DNA from: Polyangiaceae bacterium
Lineage (GTDB): Bacteria; Myxococcota_A; Polyangia; Polyangiales; Polyangiaceae
Assembly (NCBI GenBank): GCA_044222475.1
Contig: JBGANF010000002.1
Location: forward strand, 64,001-128,000
Length of the DNA stretch: 64,000 nt
Direction: 5' to 3'
The first letter of the stretch is position 1. Each line of letters begins with the position of its first letter. The position numbers and the translations under genes were made by a program. The notes under the pieces are model-generated. The model was not told where the DNA came from. It made no database searches and was given only the letters and a program-made list of their open reading frames with translations. Below are positions 49,027 through 60,607 of the stretch, one piece after another.

Positions 49027-51063
49027 GTGCGAAAGCTCGCCCCTCGCGCTCGTGTCGCGCTCGCGTTCCTGCTCGCCATCCTCGTGACGGCGGCGTGCGC
49101 TGCGACGCGTACGCCCATCGACCCCCGATTCCTCGCCGTGCACAACGCGTTCGCCGCGATGGGGATGGCCCAAGTCGGGCCCGTGCAGCAGGGCTCGCTG
49201 GTCGAAGGTCGAGAGGCCCGCTTGTCGCTCGACCTCGCGGCCCAGTGCACGACCCTGGTCGCCATCGGCGGGGACGGCGTGCGGGATCTCGACCTCTCCG
49301 TCGTCGACGCGCAAGGCACGGTGCTCGCGCGCGACGCGACGCACGACCCCCAAGCGGTGCTCCGCGTCTGCGTGGATGCGCCAGGGGCGTACAGCTTGGT
49401 CGTCAAGATGGCCGCCGGCTCGGGCGAGTTCCTCGCGGCCACGTGGACCGGCGGGGCGACGGCGGGACCAGCCGGATCGGCGGCGGTCGCGGCGAGCGGT
49501 CGCGGCAACTGCGACGCGCCGATCACCATCGGTCCCGGCACCATCAACGGCAACACGTCGACGGGCGAATCCGAGAACTCGTGCAGCGACGTCCGCGCCG
49601 AGGGCAAGGAGCTCGTCTATCGCATCGAGATCCCGACGCGAAAGAAGCTCACGATCGAGGTGCGAGCGCGCTTCGACTCCGTCCTCTACGTGCGCAAGGA
49701 GGTCTGCGACTCCGACGACGAAGAGTACGAGATCAAGTGCAACGACGACGACGGTGGAGACGAGCGCGCGTCGCGCATCGACGCCGTCGTCGATCCGGGG
49801 ACGTACTTCGTCTTCGTCGACGGGTACTCGGAGAACGGCTCGTTCGTGATGAACGTCACCACGGCCGACGTACCTTCGCTCGCCGACGTGTGTCGCCAAG
49901 CGCGCCCGCTCACGACGAGCGGGACCGCCAGCGGCACGACGACGAGCTCGTACGATCATGTCCACGCGAGCTGCGGCGACGATGCGAAGGCGAACGACGT
50001 TCCCTACCGTTTCGATCTCGGGCAGCGCTCGCGCGTGCGCTTCACGCACCACTCCGACGACTTCACCCCGGTCGTCCACGTCCGCAGCGTCTGCACCGAC
50101 GACCAGACCGAGGTCGGCTGTTACGACGACAGCTCCGCGGTTCAAGACGACGAGGCGGTCTTCGTCGGCGTCCTCGATCCGGGCAGCTACGCCGTCTTTG
50201 CCGACGGCTCCGACGAGGATCAGAGCGGGCGGTACACGCTCGACGCCGAGGTCGGGCCGGAGGCCGGGAGCGGCACCACCGGCGACGCCTGCGCCGACGC
50301 CGTCCCACTCCCGCCGAACGACTCGAGCATCGACGGCGACACCTTCACCGCGAAGGACGACATCGCCGGCAAGTGCGGCGGCACCGGCGCAGCCGACGTC
50401 GTGTACCGCATCGATCTCCCGAAGCGCTCGCGCATCGTCGCATCGCTCGACCGCGAGGAAGGGGCGGGAAGCGGAAACAGCGATGCCCACGTGTTCGTCC
50501 TCCAGCGCACCTGCGCGGACAAGAACACGGAGCTCGCGTGCGGATCGTCGGTCGACGAGATCCTCCAGCCGGGCACGTACTACCTCACCGTCGACGGCGC
50601 GAAGCCCGATCGCTTCGGCAAGTTCACGATCGCATGGTCGGTGCGCGACGTGAGCGGCCAAGAGAACGCCTGCAAGGTGGCGCCATCGCTCGTCGACGGC
50701 CAGACCGTCTCGGGCAACACGACCGGCGGCAGCGACAAGTTCGCGACGTCGTGCGGCGGCGAGCGCATCGGATCGTCGAACGACAAGCTCTACAAGATCG
50801 TGCTCACCTCGCGGCAGCGGGTGCGCCTCGCGCTGTCCACGCCGCTGTGGGACGGCGTCCTCGCGATCCGCAAGGCATGCCTCGATCCGTCAGGCTCGAC
50901 GTCGTCGCGTCAGGCCGAGGTGGCCTGCAACAACGACGCAGAAGACTCCCATCACGCGCGCCTCGAGACGACCCTCGATCCCGGCACCTACTACGTCGTC
51001 GTCGACGGACATCGCGGTGGTCAGGATGGGGCCTACACGCTCGAGTACAAGGTCGTGCACTGA
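49027..51063 (+). CDS. Lipoprotein with multiple PPC-like beta-sandwich repeats
   Basis: Lipobox TAAC; repeated D(V)VYR...FDSVLYVR..C...CNDD...LDPGTYYVVVDG. Start GTG 49027. Confidence 0.82.
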   Translation: MRKLAPRARVALAFLLAILVTAACAATRTPIDPRFLAVHNAFAAMGMAQVGPVQQGSLVEGREARLSLDLAAQCTTLVAIGGDGVRDLDLSVVDAQGTVLARDATHDPQAVLRVCVDAPGAYSLVVKMAAGSGEFLAATWTGGATAGPAGSAAVAASGRGNCDAPITIGPGTINGNTSTGESENSCSDVRAEGKELVYRIEIPTRKKLTIEVRARFDSVLYVRKEVCDSDDEEYEIKCNDDDGGDERASRIDAVVDPGTYFVFVDGYSENGSFVMNVTTADVPSLADVCRQARPLTTSGTASGTTTSSYDHVHASCGDDAKANDVPYRFDLGQRSRVRFTHHSDDFTPVVHVRSVCTDDQTEVGCYDDSSAVQDDEAVFVGVLDPGSYAVFADGSDEDQSGRYTLDAEVGPEAGSGTTGDACADAVPLPPNDSSIDGDTFTAKDDIAGKCGGTGAADVVYRIDLPKRSRIVASLDREEGAGSGNSDAHVFVLQRTCADKNTELACGSSVDEILQPGTYYLTVDGAKPDRFGKFTIAWSVRDVSGQENACKVAPSLVDGQTVSGNTTGGSDKFATSCGGERIGSSNDKLYKIVLTSRQRVRLALSTPLWDGVLAIRKACLDPSGSTSSRQAEVACNNDAEDSHHARLETTLDPGTYYVVVDGHRGGQDGAYTLEYKVVH

Positions 51064-51071
51064 CCCTGGGG

Positions 51072-51186
51072 AAGGCGGCTCGCGCCGCCTCGCACCACCC
51101 GAGCAGGTCGGCAGAGCCGAATGAGCCTCCCCTCCACGCGGTCCCTCCGCTACGCGTCGGGATTTCGCACGCACGACCGTGCTCGC
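51072..51186. repeat. Palindromic intergenic element (REP-like) between convergent genes
   Basis: AGGCGG-CTCGCG-CCGCCT hairpin; CGAGCAGGTCG...CGACCGTGCTCG long-range stem enclosing TCCCTCCGCTACGCGTCGGGA. Confidence 0.45.
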
Positions 51187-51192
51187 TGGTTG

Positions 51193-51408
51193 CTACCGCG
51201 CGCGGCGCTTCGCGTAGGTGTACGCGGTGATCGCTGCGATGATGTGACAGATCCACCCGAGCGTTCCGCCCGTGCCGATCCACAACCCGGGCGTCACGAG
51301 CAGCCAGAAGATGCCGCGGAGCCAAGCGCCGTTGTAGAACTGGCCCGCTCCCGGGATGATGAGGGAGAGGACGGCAGCGATTCCAGGCGGAGAGAGGCGT
51401 TTCTGCAT
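51193..51408 (-). CDS. Small membrane protein (71 aa, TM2/DUF5683-like)
   Basis: MQKRLSPPGIAAVLSLIIPGAGQFYNG.W.RGIFW. Confidence 0.8.
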   Translation of the reverse strand: MQKRLSPPGIAAVLSLIIPGAGQFYNGAWLRGIFWLLVTPGLWIGTGGTLGWICHIIAAITAYTYAKRRAR

Positions 51409-51495
51409 CGAATGATCCTTGGGAAGAAGTCGCAAACGCGTGCCCGCGCCCAGCGACACGGCGAAGGTGCTCACTCCTCCCCACCCGGGCAAGGG

Positions 51496-52554
51496 GTGGA
51501 TTCTCGATTGATCGGGGCCCTCCGCGAGCGACTGCTGCGCTTTTTTCGCGCCTCGGCCCGAGATTTGCCGTGGCGCCGCACGCGCGACCCCTACGCGATC
51601 TGGGTGAGCGAGGTGATGCTCCAGCAGACTCGGGTCGAGACCGTCGTGCCGTACTTCGCGCGGTTCCTCGATGCGTTTCCGACGGTGCAGGCGCTCGCCG
51701 ACGCACCGCTCGACGGCGTGCTCGCGCAGTGGAGCGGGCTCGGCTACTACCGGCGCGCACGCTTCCTCCACCGCGGCGCGAAGACGATCGTCGAACAGCT
51801 CGGAGGATCGCTCCCGCGCAGCGCCGAGGAGCTGCTGCGGGTGCCAGGCATCGGACGCTACACCGCCGGCGCGATCGCGAGCATCGCGTTCGGTGAGCCC
51901 GCGGCGATCGTCGACGGCAACGTCGCGCGCGTCCTGTCGCGCGTGCTCGGGATCGAAGACGACATCCGCTCGTCGTCGGGGAGCGCGGCGCTCTGGGCGA
52001 GGGCGGCGGAGCTCGCCGTAGGAGAGGACCCGGGCGCGCTCAACCAAGCGCTGATGGAGCTCGGCGCGACGGTCTGCACGCCGAAGAGCCCGCGTTGCGG
52101 CGGCTGCCCTGCGGCCGACCTCTGCGTCGCGTTTCGAGACGGGCGTCAGGCGGAGCTCCCGCGGGTGAAGGAGCGAGCGGTCGCCAAGCGCTGGCGTCGA
52201 GTGGCGATCGTCGCCACGAAAGGAAGCGCCGTCCTCCTCGGGCGCCGCCGCGACGACCTGGTGTTCGGCGGGCTCTGGGAGCCGCCGTCGTACGACGCCC
52301 ACGACGCAGGCGAGGATCCGGGCGCGCCCATCGGGGTGCGTCTCCGCGCGCCGCGCGACCTCGGGATGGTGCGCCACGTGCTGTCGCACCGACGCATGGA
52401 GGTGCGCGTCTATTCCGGAAATCTCGGGTCGCGCGTGGATCGGGCGAAAAGCTCGGAGCACGAGCGGTTCTCGCTCTTCGAGCCGGACGCGCTGGGCACG
52501 GTCGGCCTCTCGACCCTCGCGCGGAAGATCCTCGGGCTTCTTTCCGCGCGCTAG
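51496..52554 (+). CDS. mutY: A/G-specific adenine glycosylase
   Basis: RDLPWR, WVSEVMLQQT, WSGLGYY, PGIGRYTAGA, VDGNV.RV, CTPKSPRCGGCPAADLC. Start uncertain (GTG 51496 or ATG 51412). Confidence 0.95.
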   Translation: MDSRLIGALRERLLRFFRASARDLPWRRTRDPYAIWVSEVMLQQTRVETVVPYFARFLDAFPTVQALADAPLDGVLAQWSGLGYYRRARFLHRGAKTIVEQLGGSLPRSAEELLRVPGIGRYTAGAIASIAFGEPAAIVDGNVARVLSRVLGIEDDIRSSSGSAALWARAAELAVGEDPGALNQALMELGATVCTPKSPRCGGCPAADLCVAFRDGRQAELPRVKERAVAKRWRRVAIVATKGSAVLLGRRRDDLVFGGLWEPPSYDAHDAGEDPGAPIGVRLRAPRDLGMVRHVLSHRRMEVRVYSGNLGSRVDRAKSSEHERFSLFEPDALGTVGLSTLARKILGLLSAR

Positions 52555-52576
52555 CGTTGCTAGTGTCCGTTTCGCG

Positions 52577-54001
52577 ATGCGCTTTCGCTTGGCCTTCCTC
52601 GTCGCCGCCGCCGCGATCTTCGTGCCGATCCTGGCGCGCGCGGGCGATTTGGATCTCGAAGACGACGGCCCGGCGACGCCGCCGCCCGCCGCGCCGGCCG
52701 CGAAGGCGCGCACCTACACCCTCTCGGAGTGCCTCGCCCTCGCTGACCGGAACCACCCCAACATCTGGGCGGCGCGCGCCCGCGTCGGCTTCGCCCGGGG
52801 CCAGTACGACGAGGCGAAATGGATCCCGTGGTTCCAGTGGTCCGCGACCGCGCAGGGCGGCATCCTCCCGCAGATCGGCGGCACCGTGGGGTACACGGCC
52901 GCGAACCCGCTCTCGATCAACCCGACCTTCATCGGCGGCTATGAGCCGTTCTTCCAGTTTCGTGTAGATTACACGCTTCCGCTCTATACGTTCGGCAAGA
53001 TCACCGCCGGTCGCGAGGCGGCGGAGGCGAACGTTCGTCTGCAAGAGTGGGACATGGAGAAGTTCCGCCAGCTCGTGCGCATGGATGTGCGCCGAGCGTA
53101 CTTCGGCGTGATGGCGGCGCGAGATGGGCGCTACCTCGTCAAAGAGGTGCAAGCCAAGATCGAGAAGGCCATCGCCGACATCACGAAGCGGCTCGAGAAG
53201 AACGAGGCGGGCTACGACGAAGTCGACAAGATGCGACTGGAGCTCTACCGCGACGAGATCATCGCTCGAGGCGGTGATGCGGTGAAGGGCGAGACGTACG
53301 GCATGGCCGCGCTCCGGTTCATGACCGGAGTCCAGAGCGACTTCGACATCCCGGACGAGCCCATCCCTCGGCCCACGGTGCCGATCGCACCGGTCGTCAG
53401 CTACTTGGCGACCGCGCGCCTCTTCCGGCCCGAGGTCGCGATGGCGCGCGCCGGGATCGCGGCGCGGAAGGCTCAGCTGGACCTCCAACGAGCGAGGTTC
53501 TTCCCCGACTTCGGGCTCGGGCTCTCGGCGGGCTACTCGGTCGCGCCGAGCGTCGTCCCGCAGAGCAACATCAACGGCGCGTTGAACTGGAACTACTTCT
53601 ACTACGGCTTCGGCGTCGGCATGCGTTGGAACCTGGACCTCCTGCCGAACGCGGCGCGCGTGGCCCAGGTCGAGTCGCAGCTCGAAGAGACGCGGGCGAT
53701 CGAGCGGCTCGCGCTCGGCGGAGTCGCGGTCGAGGTGGAGAACGCCTACGCGAGCGTCGTCGAGGCCAAGAACCGCGAGGAGCGCTGGGACCACGCCGAG
53801 CACAAGACGAAGCAGTGGATCGTCGACGTTCAGTCCGCAATGGACCTCGGTACGAAGGACGAGCGCGCGCTGATGGAGCCGCTGCGCTGGTACGTGAACA
53901 CGAAGTTCGAGCACAACCGCGCGTTGATGGATCTCAACATCGCCCTGAGCGAGCTCGCGCGAGTCTCGGGTTGGGACAGCGCCGCGCCGGTCGGGCGCTG
54001 A
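52577..54001 (+). CDS. TolC family outer membrane protein
   Basis: Signal peptide; two OEP-like halves (LPLYTFGK, RRAYFG; RPEV...FFPD, VENAY). Confidence 0.85.
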   Translation: MRFRLAFLVAAAAIFVPILARAGDLDLEDDGPATPPPAAPAAKARTYTLSECLALADRNHPNIWAARARVGFARGQYDEAKWIPWFQWSATAQGGILPQIGGTVGYTAANPLSINPTFIGGYEPFFQFRVDYTLPLYTFGKITAGREAAEANVRLQEWDMEKFRQLVRMDVRRAYFGVMAARDGRYLVKEVQAKIEKAIADITKRLEKNEAGYDEVDKMRLELYRDEIIARGGDAVKGETYGMAALRFMTGVQSDFDIPDEPIPRPTVPIAPVVSYLATARLFRPEVAMARAGIAARKAQLDLQRARFFPDFGLGLSAGYSVAPSVVPQSNINGALNWNYFYYGFGVGMRWNLDLLPNAARVAQVESQLEETRAIERLALGGVAVEVENAYASVVEAKNREERWDHAEHKTKQWIVDVQSAMDLGTKDERALMEPLRWYVNTKFEHNRALMDLNIALSELARVSGWDSAAPVGR

Positions 54002-54004
54002 GCG

Positions 54005-55399
54005 TCAGATCGGACAGGTCGCGCGGTTCAGCACTGCGAGGAGCCTCGCGCGCACGAGCTCGAACTCGCGCAGGGCGAGCGAGATCTCCGCTTGGCGGAG
54101 CGCGGCTGCGGCGGTGACGAGCTCGAGGCTCGTTCCGGTGCCCAGCTGAAACGCCGCCCGGGTGAGTCGATCGGTCTCGAGCGCCAGATCGCGCGAGCGC
54201 ATCGCGACGGCTCGGGCTTGCTCCGCGACCACCACCGCGCGGTCGGCTTGGGTGATCTGGATGATCGCGGTGCGTCGCGTCGCCTCGAGCCGCTGGAGCG
54301 CTTGGTCCTCTTGAGCGTGCCCGTCGCGGAGCGCGCCGTAGCGTGCGCCGCCGTCCCAGATCGCCCACGAGAGGACGCCCTGGAGGTTCCACTGGGTCGA
54401 TGGCGTCGCGCCGAGATCCTGAGTCGTCGTGAAGAGCGTGCTCTGCGCCGACAGAGTGGGGAAGAACTGCATCCTCGCGTCGTTCACCGTCTGGTGCGCG
54501 AGGCGAACGCGCTCTTTGGCGAGCGCGACGTCGCTGCGGTCTTCGGCGCCCGGCGCGATCTTGCACTGTTTCACGAGGTCGTCCGCGACGCCGTCGAGGT
54601 TGAGCCGCGGATCGACGCCGACCGGCTCGGGCAGGCCCAGCGCCAGGCCGAGCGCTTCGCGCGCCTGACGCAGCGACTCGTCGCCGGTGACGAGCGTCGC
54701 GCGGGCGGCTTCGACGTCCTGCTTCGCGCGCACGAGATCGAGGCCGGTGCCGGCCTCGAGCGCGCGCCTCCGTTGTGCGAGGTCGAGCCGCTCGAGCGCG
54801 CTGCGCAGCCCGCTGCGGTTGAGCTCCGCGACGCGCTCGGCGGTGACGACGGCGACGACCGCGGCCGCGACGTTCTGCAGGAGGAGCCGCTTCGTCTCCT
54901 CGAGGTTGGCGCCGGCCACGTCCTGAGCGACCCCGGCGGTGCGCACGTTGTTCCACGCGCGCGGCGCGATGATCGGGAGGCCGAGGACGACGCTCGCCGT
55001 GGCGAACCTCGGGATCGGGGTCGTGATCGTTCGGAAGATGGGCTGCAGGTTGGAGTCGACGCCGGCGACCTGCGCGGTCGTGTTCGTGAGGAAGTTCATC
55101 GTCCCGTTGACGTTGCCGGTGATCGTCCCGAGGAGGCCCGCGAGCGCGGTGCGACTCTGGGCGTCGGCGCGCGCGATCTCGGCTTGCGCGATGTGGAGGT
55201 CGGTCGAGCGCGCTCGCACGTAGCTCGCGATGTCGTTCCAGGTCGCGAGCGTGCGCACCGGCGGCGGGATCGGCGCGAGCATCGGGTCGTCGACCGTCGG
55301 CGTACTGGGCGGCGTGCTCGGCGGCTCCGGCGGGGTGTCGGCGAGGGCGGCGCTTGAGACGAGGACGAGAGCGAGCGTGGCGAGGATCGTGCGGCGCAT
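54005..55399 (-). CDS. TolC family outer membrane protein
   Basis: Signal peptide; GTGLDLVRA, RSDV...FFPTLS, IWDGG, GTGTSLELV. Confidence 0.87.
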   Translation of the reverse strand: MRRTILATLALVLVSSAALADTPPEPPSTPPSTPTVDDPMLAPIPPPVRTLATWNDIASYVRARSTDLHIAQAEIARADAQSRTALAGLLGTITGNVNGTMNFLTNTTAQVAGVDSNLQPIFRTITTPIPRFATASVVLGLPIIAPRAWNNVRTAGVAQDVAGANLEETKRLLLQNVAAAVVAVVTAERVAELNRSGLRSALERLDLAQRRRALEAGTGLDLVRAKQDVEAARATLVTGDESLRQAREALGLALGLPEPVGVDPRLNLDGVADDLVKQCKIAPGAEDRSDVALAKERVRLAHQTVNDARMQFFPTLSAQSTLFTTTQDLGATPSTQWNLQGVLSWAIWDGGARYGALRDGHAQEDQALQRLEATRRTAIIQITQADRAVVVAEQARAVAMRSRDLALETDRLTRAAFQLGTGTSLELVTAAAALRQAEISLALREFELVRARLLAVLNRATCPI

Positions 55400-55463
55400 G
55401 CCGCTTACGTACTCTCCTGCTGCCGTGGACGGTAGTGAAGTTTCGCGAAGCGTGCCGTGCCCG

Positions 55464-56297
55464 TCAGCGCGGCTTGGGCAGGGTCGCCGGCGGCATCATG
55501 CGCAGGCGGCGGCGCATGCGCTCCGTGCGAACGCGGTAGCAGGCCGCGACCTCGGACGCGCCGAGCGGCAGCCGCGCGGAGCGCGCGACGGCATACGCGA
55601 CCGCGGCGGCGAGGCAGCGAGCGTCCTCCTCGTCTTCGGGGGGCGCCTGCTCGACGACCTCGCGTGCGAGGCGCTTTGCCGCGGTCCGTTGGGTGGCATC
55701 GAGCGGGAGGCTCGCCAGCCCGCGCTCGAGCACGCGGAGGACGGCGCCGTACACGCGCGGCTTCTTGTTCGCCCCTTCGCTTCGCAGCGCGCGCGCGTCG
55801 TCGTGGCGGCCGGCGCGGCGGAGCGCGTGGGCCAGCGCTGCGAGGAACGCTCGGGTCCGGTGCCGCTCGGCGGCCTTCGCAAGCCACGGGATGGCGCGCT
55901 CCGGATCGTCGAGCGCGGCGTCGAGCAAGACGCCGAGGTTGTGCGCGTACCAGGGGTTCTGCGGCGACAGCTCGACAGCGCGTTCGAACGCGCTCACCGC
56001 GAAGCGAGGGTGCCCGAGATCGGCTTGGGCGAGCCCGAGCGCGGCCCACCCGCGGTCGTCGTCGGGGCGGGCGCGCAGGAGCGCGCGGGCGTGGAGCGAT
56101 GCGCGCCAGGGATCGCGATCGAGCAAGATCTCCGCGAGGTGACGGTGCGCGAAGATCGCGTCGTCGCTCCCTTCGGAGGAGCACGAAGCGAGCCGGCGAA
56201 GGAGAAGGAGCAAGCGCGCGCTCTCGCGGTCGTGGCGGAGAACCTCCTCCGCTCGGTTCCGCAGCTCCGCCGATGGCGTCGTACGCGCGCGGGTCAT
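55464..56297 (-). CDS. TPR protein with C-terminal helical/HTH-like domain
   Basis: TPR segments WAALGLA...AFERAVELSPQNPWYAHNLG; C-terminal LAAAVAYAV...SEVAACYRV. Confidence 0.75.
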   Translation of the reverse strand: MTRARTTPSAELRNRAEEVLRHDRESARLLLLLRRLASCSSEGSDDAIFAHRHLAEILLDRDPWRASLHARALLRARPDDDRGWAALGLAQADLGHPRFAVSAFERAVELSPQNPWYAHNLGVLLDAALDDPERAIPWLAKAAERHRTRAFLAALAHALRRAGRHDDARALRSEGANKKPRVYGAVLRVLERGLASLPLDATQRTAAKRLAREVVEQAPPEDEEDARCLAAAVAYAVARSARLPLGASEVAACYRVRTERMRRRLRMMPPATLPKPR

Positions 56298-56415
56298 CTC
56301 ATTCGGTTTAGCTGCGCCCTACAGGCTTCGCAAGGATCGATCGGCGTGAAGTGCGTGCGATGCGTTTGTGGGTTGCACGATCGCGCCTTTTGAGATCCGC
56401 AGATCCGCAGTCGAC

Positions 56416-57228
56416 TCAGCGCACGCCGATCACGCGCTGCTGCACGAGCTCGTACAGGATGCGCAACGCGTCGAGCGTCGGCATTCCGCTGACGTCGAGG
56501 ATCTGCTCGAGGCTGGAGATCCCGTCGACGTGCGAGAGAACGAACCCCGACCGGTGATCGATGCTGAGCCACCGCAGCTGCTCGCGCGGAACCGCGACGA
56601 ACGGGACGCGATCGAGCGAGCCGAGTCGCGCGACGTACATCTGCTGGAGGACGCCACGGCAGTTCTCGGCGAGACGGTTCGCTTCGCCGTGCGAGGGATC
56701 TTCCTCCAGGATCGACTCCGCGACGACGAGCGCGCCGGAGTAGTCGCCGAGCGAGAATCGCTCGCGCATCTCGCGCAGGGGGGAGTCGTCCGCTTCGGCC
56801 GCGGCCGGCGCTGCGACCGCGGGCATGGCCCGCTCGGACGCCTGCGCGACGAGGCCGAGCGCTCCGCCGTCGACGTCTGCGCCCTCCGCGCCGTCGGCGA
56901 ATTGCAGCAGGCTCGCGCGCGAGAGGCTGGCTTGAGAGAGCGACGCGGGGGGGCTCTCCGCGCTCGGCGAGAGAGAGCGCTTCCGCGCGGCCTCCGTCTC
57001 CGACTCGTCGAGGAGGGTCGTCGCCTTGCTGCGGGGCGAAGGCGCCATGTAGCTCGACGCCGAGTCGAGCTTCATCGGTGCGCGCGCCGTCGACGGCGGT
57101 GCCGGTGCCGGCGAAGGCTTCGCTTCGGCGGGCATCGGAGCGGGCGGGGGCGCGACCGTCGGTGACGACCCGGCGCTCGGAGGGAGCTCCGTGGGCCACG
57201 CGCTGTCGATTTCGTCGTCGTCGACCAC
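56416..57228 (-). CDS. Hypothetical protein with C-terminal winged-helix-like domain
   Basis: Disordered N-terminus, one TPR-like unit, C-terminal LSIDHRSGFVLSHVDGISSLEQILDVSGM...LYELV. Confidence 0.8.
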   Translation of the reverse strand: MVDDDEIDSAWPTELPPSAGSSPTVAPPPAPMPAEAKPSPAPAPPSTARAPMKLDSASSYMAPSPRSKATTLLDESETEAARKRSLSPSAESPPASLSQASLSRASLLQFADGAEGADVDGGALGLVAQASERAMPAVAAPAAAEADDSPLREMRERFSLGDYSGALVVAESILEEDPSHGEANRLAENCRGVLQQMYVARLGSLDRVPFVAVPREQLRWLSIDHRSGFVLSHVDGISSLEQILDVSGMPTLDALRILYELVQQRVIGVR

Positions 57229-57246
57229 CTGTCCTCGGCGGAAACG

Positions 57247-59073
<1,827 letters not shown>

Positions 59074-59100
59074 GCAGCCCCTGGTTGTAGCACGAAAGCG

Positions 59101-60555
59101 CTAGTCTTTTCCCGAGCGTTTCACGAGGGCTTGGATGGCTTCGTCGTCGGGTGCGAGGCGCGATGCGGCCTCGAGCTCCCGCTTGGCGTTCAGCCCCAAA
59201 CCGGCCGCCGTGTACACGAGGTACAGCGTCACGTGGTACATCGCGTTCTTCGGGTTCAACGCGATGGCGGCCTGCGCGAGGCGCGCGGCCTCGTGGAGAT
59301 CCCCGTTCGATTTGGCGAGGCAATAAGCCGCGCGATCGTGGGATTCGGCGTCGTCGGGCTTCGCCTTCGCGGCGCGACGCCACGAGCGGGCGGCCTCCTC
59401 GAAGTGATGGTGCTTGTCCTCGTACTGAGCCTGCTTTCGGTACGTGAGGAAGAGGACCTCGGCCGCCGCTTTCTGGGCGTCCTCGAAGGATCGGCGGAGC
59501 TCGGCGTCGTCGGGGGCGATCTCGAGGGCGAGGCGAAACGCGGTGGCGGCGGCGACGGGGTCGTTCTTCGCCAGCGCAGCGTTCGCGGCGTCGAGGTGCG
59601 CCTTGGTCGCCTGCGTGCGGGCGGTCTCCTTCCGTTGCTCGTAATGGCGCCTCAGCGCTTCCGTGTCGGCCGGCGGAGGGTTGGTGATCGCGCGGTGGAG
59701 GCCGCTGGCGGCGCGCGCGCCGAGGAGCCGGCGAGCCAAGGCGTCGCGTCGCGCCTGCTCGGGGAGGGAGATGCCCGTCGTCGGCGGGCGAGACTCGGTG
59801 GGCATTCGAGGCTCGGGCGGAGCGCTCACGGTCACGACCGGCGTGGGCGCGGGCGTGCTGCTCACCGGGGGAAGGTCGAGGATGAGGTCCGCATCGACGT
59901 CGCGCCCGGGGTCGACCTCGCCGATGTAGGCGTCGTACTCGGCGCGCCGCTGCTCGTCGGTGAGCACGTCGTGCGCTTCGGTGATGCGCGTGAAGATCGC
60001 CTCCATCTTCGCCTTGAAGCTGCCGAGCTTCTTGCGGAAGAACCGGTCGGGGTGAAACAGGGCGGCGAGCTCGTAGTAGGCGCGCTTGATCGCCTTCTTG
60101 TTGGCGTCGCGCGCTACCCCGAGGAGCGCGTAGTGGTGGAGCTCTCCCAGGCGCTTTTCGAGGTCGAGGATTCGGAGCCGATGGTTCGGGTCGAGGTCGA
60201 CGTCCTCGCTCATCGCGGGGTGGTCCTTGAGGGTCGCGTCGTCCGACGTGAACGCGGCGCCTCCGCGCGGAACGGCGGCGGCCGCCTCCGGCGGGCGAGA
60301 CGCGTTCTCCTGGGGCGCGGTGCTCGCCTGGAGCTGGCGCGCGGGACCTTCGTACTCGACGAGCCCCAACGTCGACAGCTTGCGGAGGGTGTCCTGGATT
60401 TGCTCCAAGCCGATGCCGGTCAACCCCACGAGCTCGGTGTCGGACGCCGCGCCGTCGATGCGCGAGAGGACGAAGCCGTCGGTCGGGCTGAGCGGGAACG
60501 AGGCGATGCTCTTGCCGGGCGGCAGAGGGAGGAGCTTGGGGGTTCGGTTCGCCAC
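59101..60555 (-). CDS. J-domain protein with N-terminal winged-helix-like domain and C-terminal TPRs
   Basis: HYALLGV...IKRAYYELAALFHPDRF...EAHDVL..RRAEYD. Start taken at GTG 60555. Confidence 0.88.
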   Translation of the reverse strand: MANRTPKLLPLPPGKSIASFPLSPTDGFVLSRIDGAASDTELVGLTGIGLEQIQDTLRKLSTLGLVEYEGPARQLQASTAPQENASRPPEAAAAVPRGGAAFTSDDATLKDHPAMSEDVDLDPNHRLRILDLEKRLGELHHYALLGVARDANKKAIKRAYYELAALFHPDRFFRKKLGSFKAKMEAIFTRITEAHDVLTDEQRRAEYDAYIGEVDPGRDVDADLILDLPPVSSTPAPTPVVTVSAPPEPRMPTESRPPTTGISLPEQARRDALARRLLGARAASGLHRAITNPPPADTEALRRHYEQRKETARTQATKAHLDAANAALAKNDPVAAATAFRLALEIAPDDAELRRSFEDAQKAAAEVLFLTYRKQAQYEDKHHHFEEAARSWRRAAKAKPDDAESHDRAAYCLAKSNGDLHEAARLAQAAIALNPKNAMYHVTLYLVYTAAGLGLNAKRELEAASRLAPDDEAIQALVKRSGKD

Positions 60556-60607
60556 GTCCGGGGATTCTCCGGGAACGAGGCGATCGTAAACGGCCGGCGC
60601 GACCCGG

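Noticed and set aside
56393..56410. AGATCCGC tandem duplication
   Set aside because: Two 8-mers only; too short to distinguish from chance.
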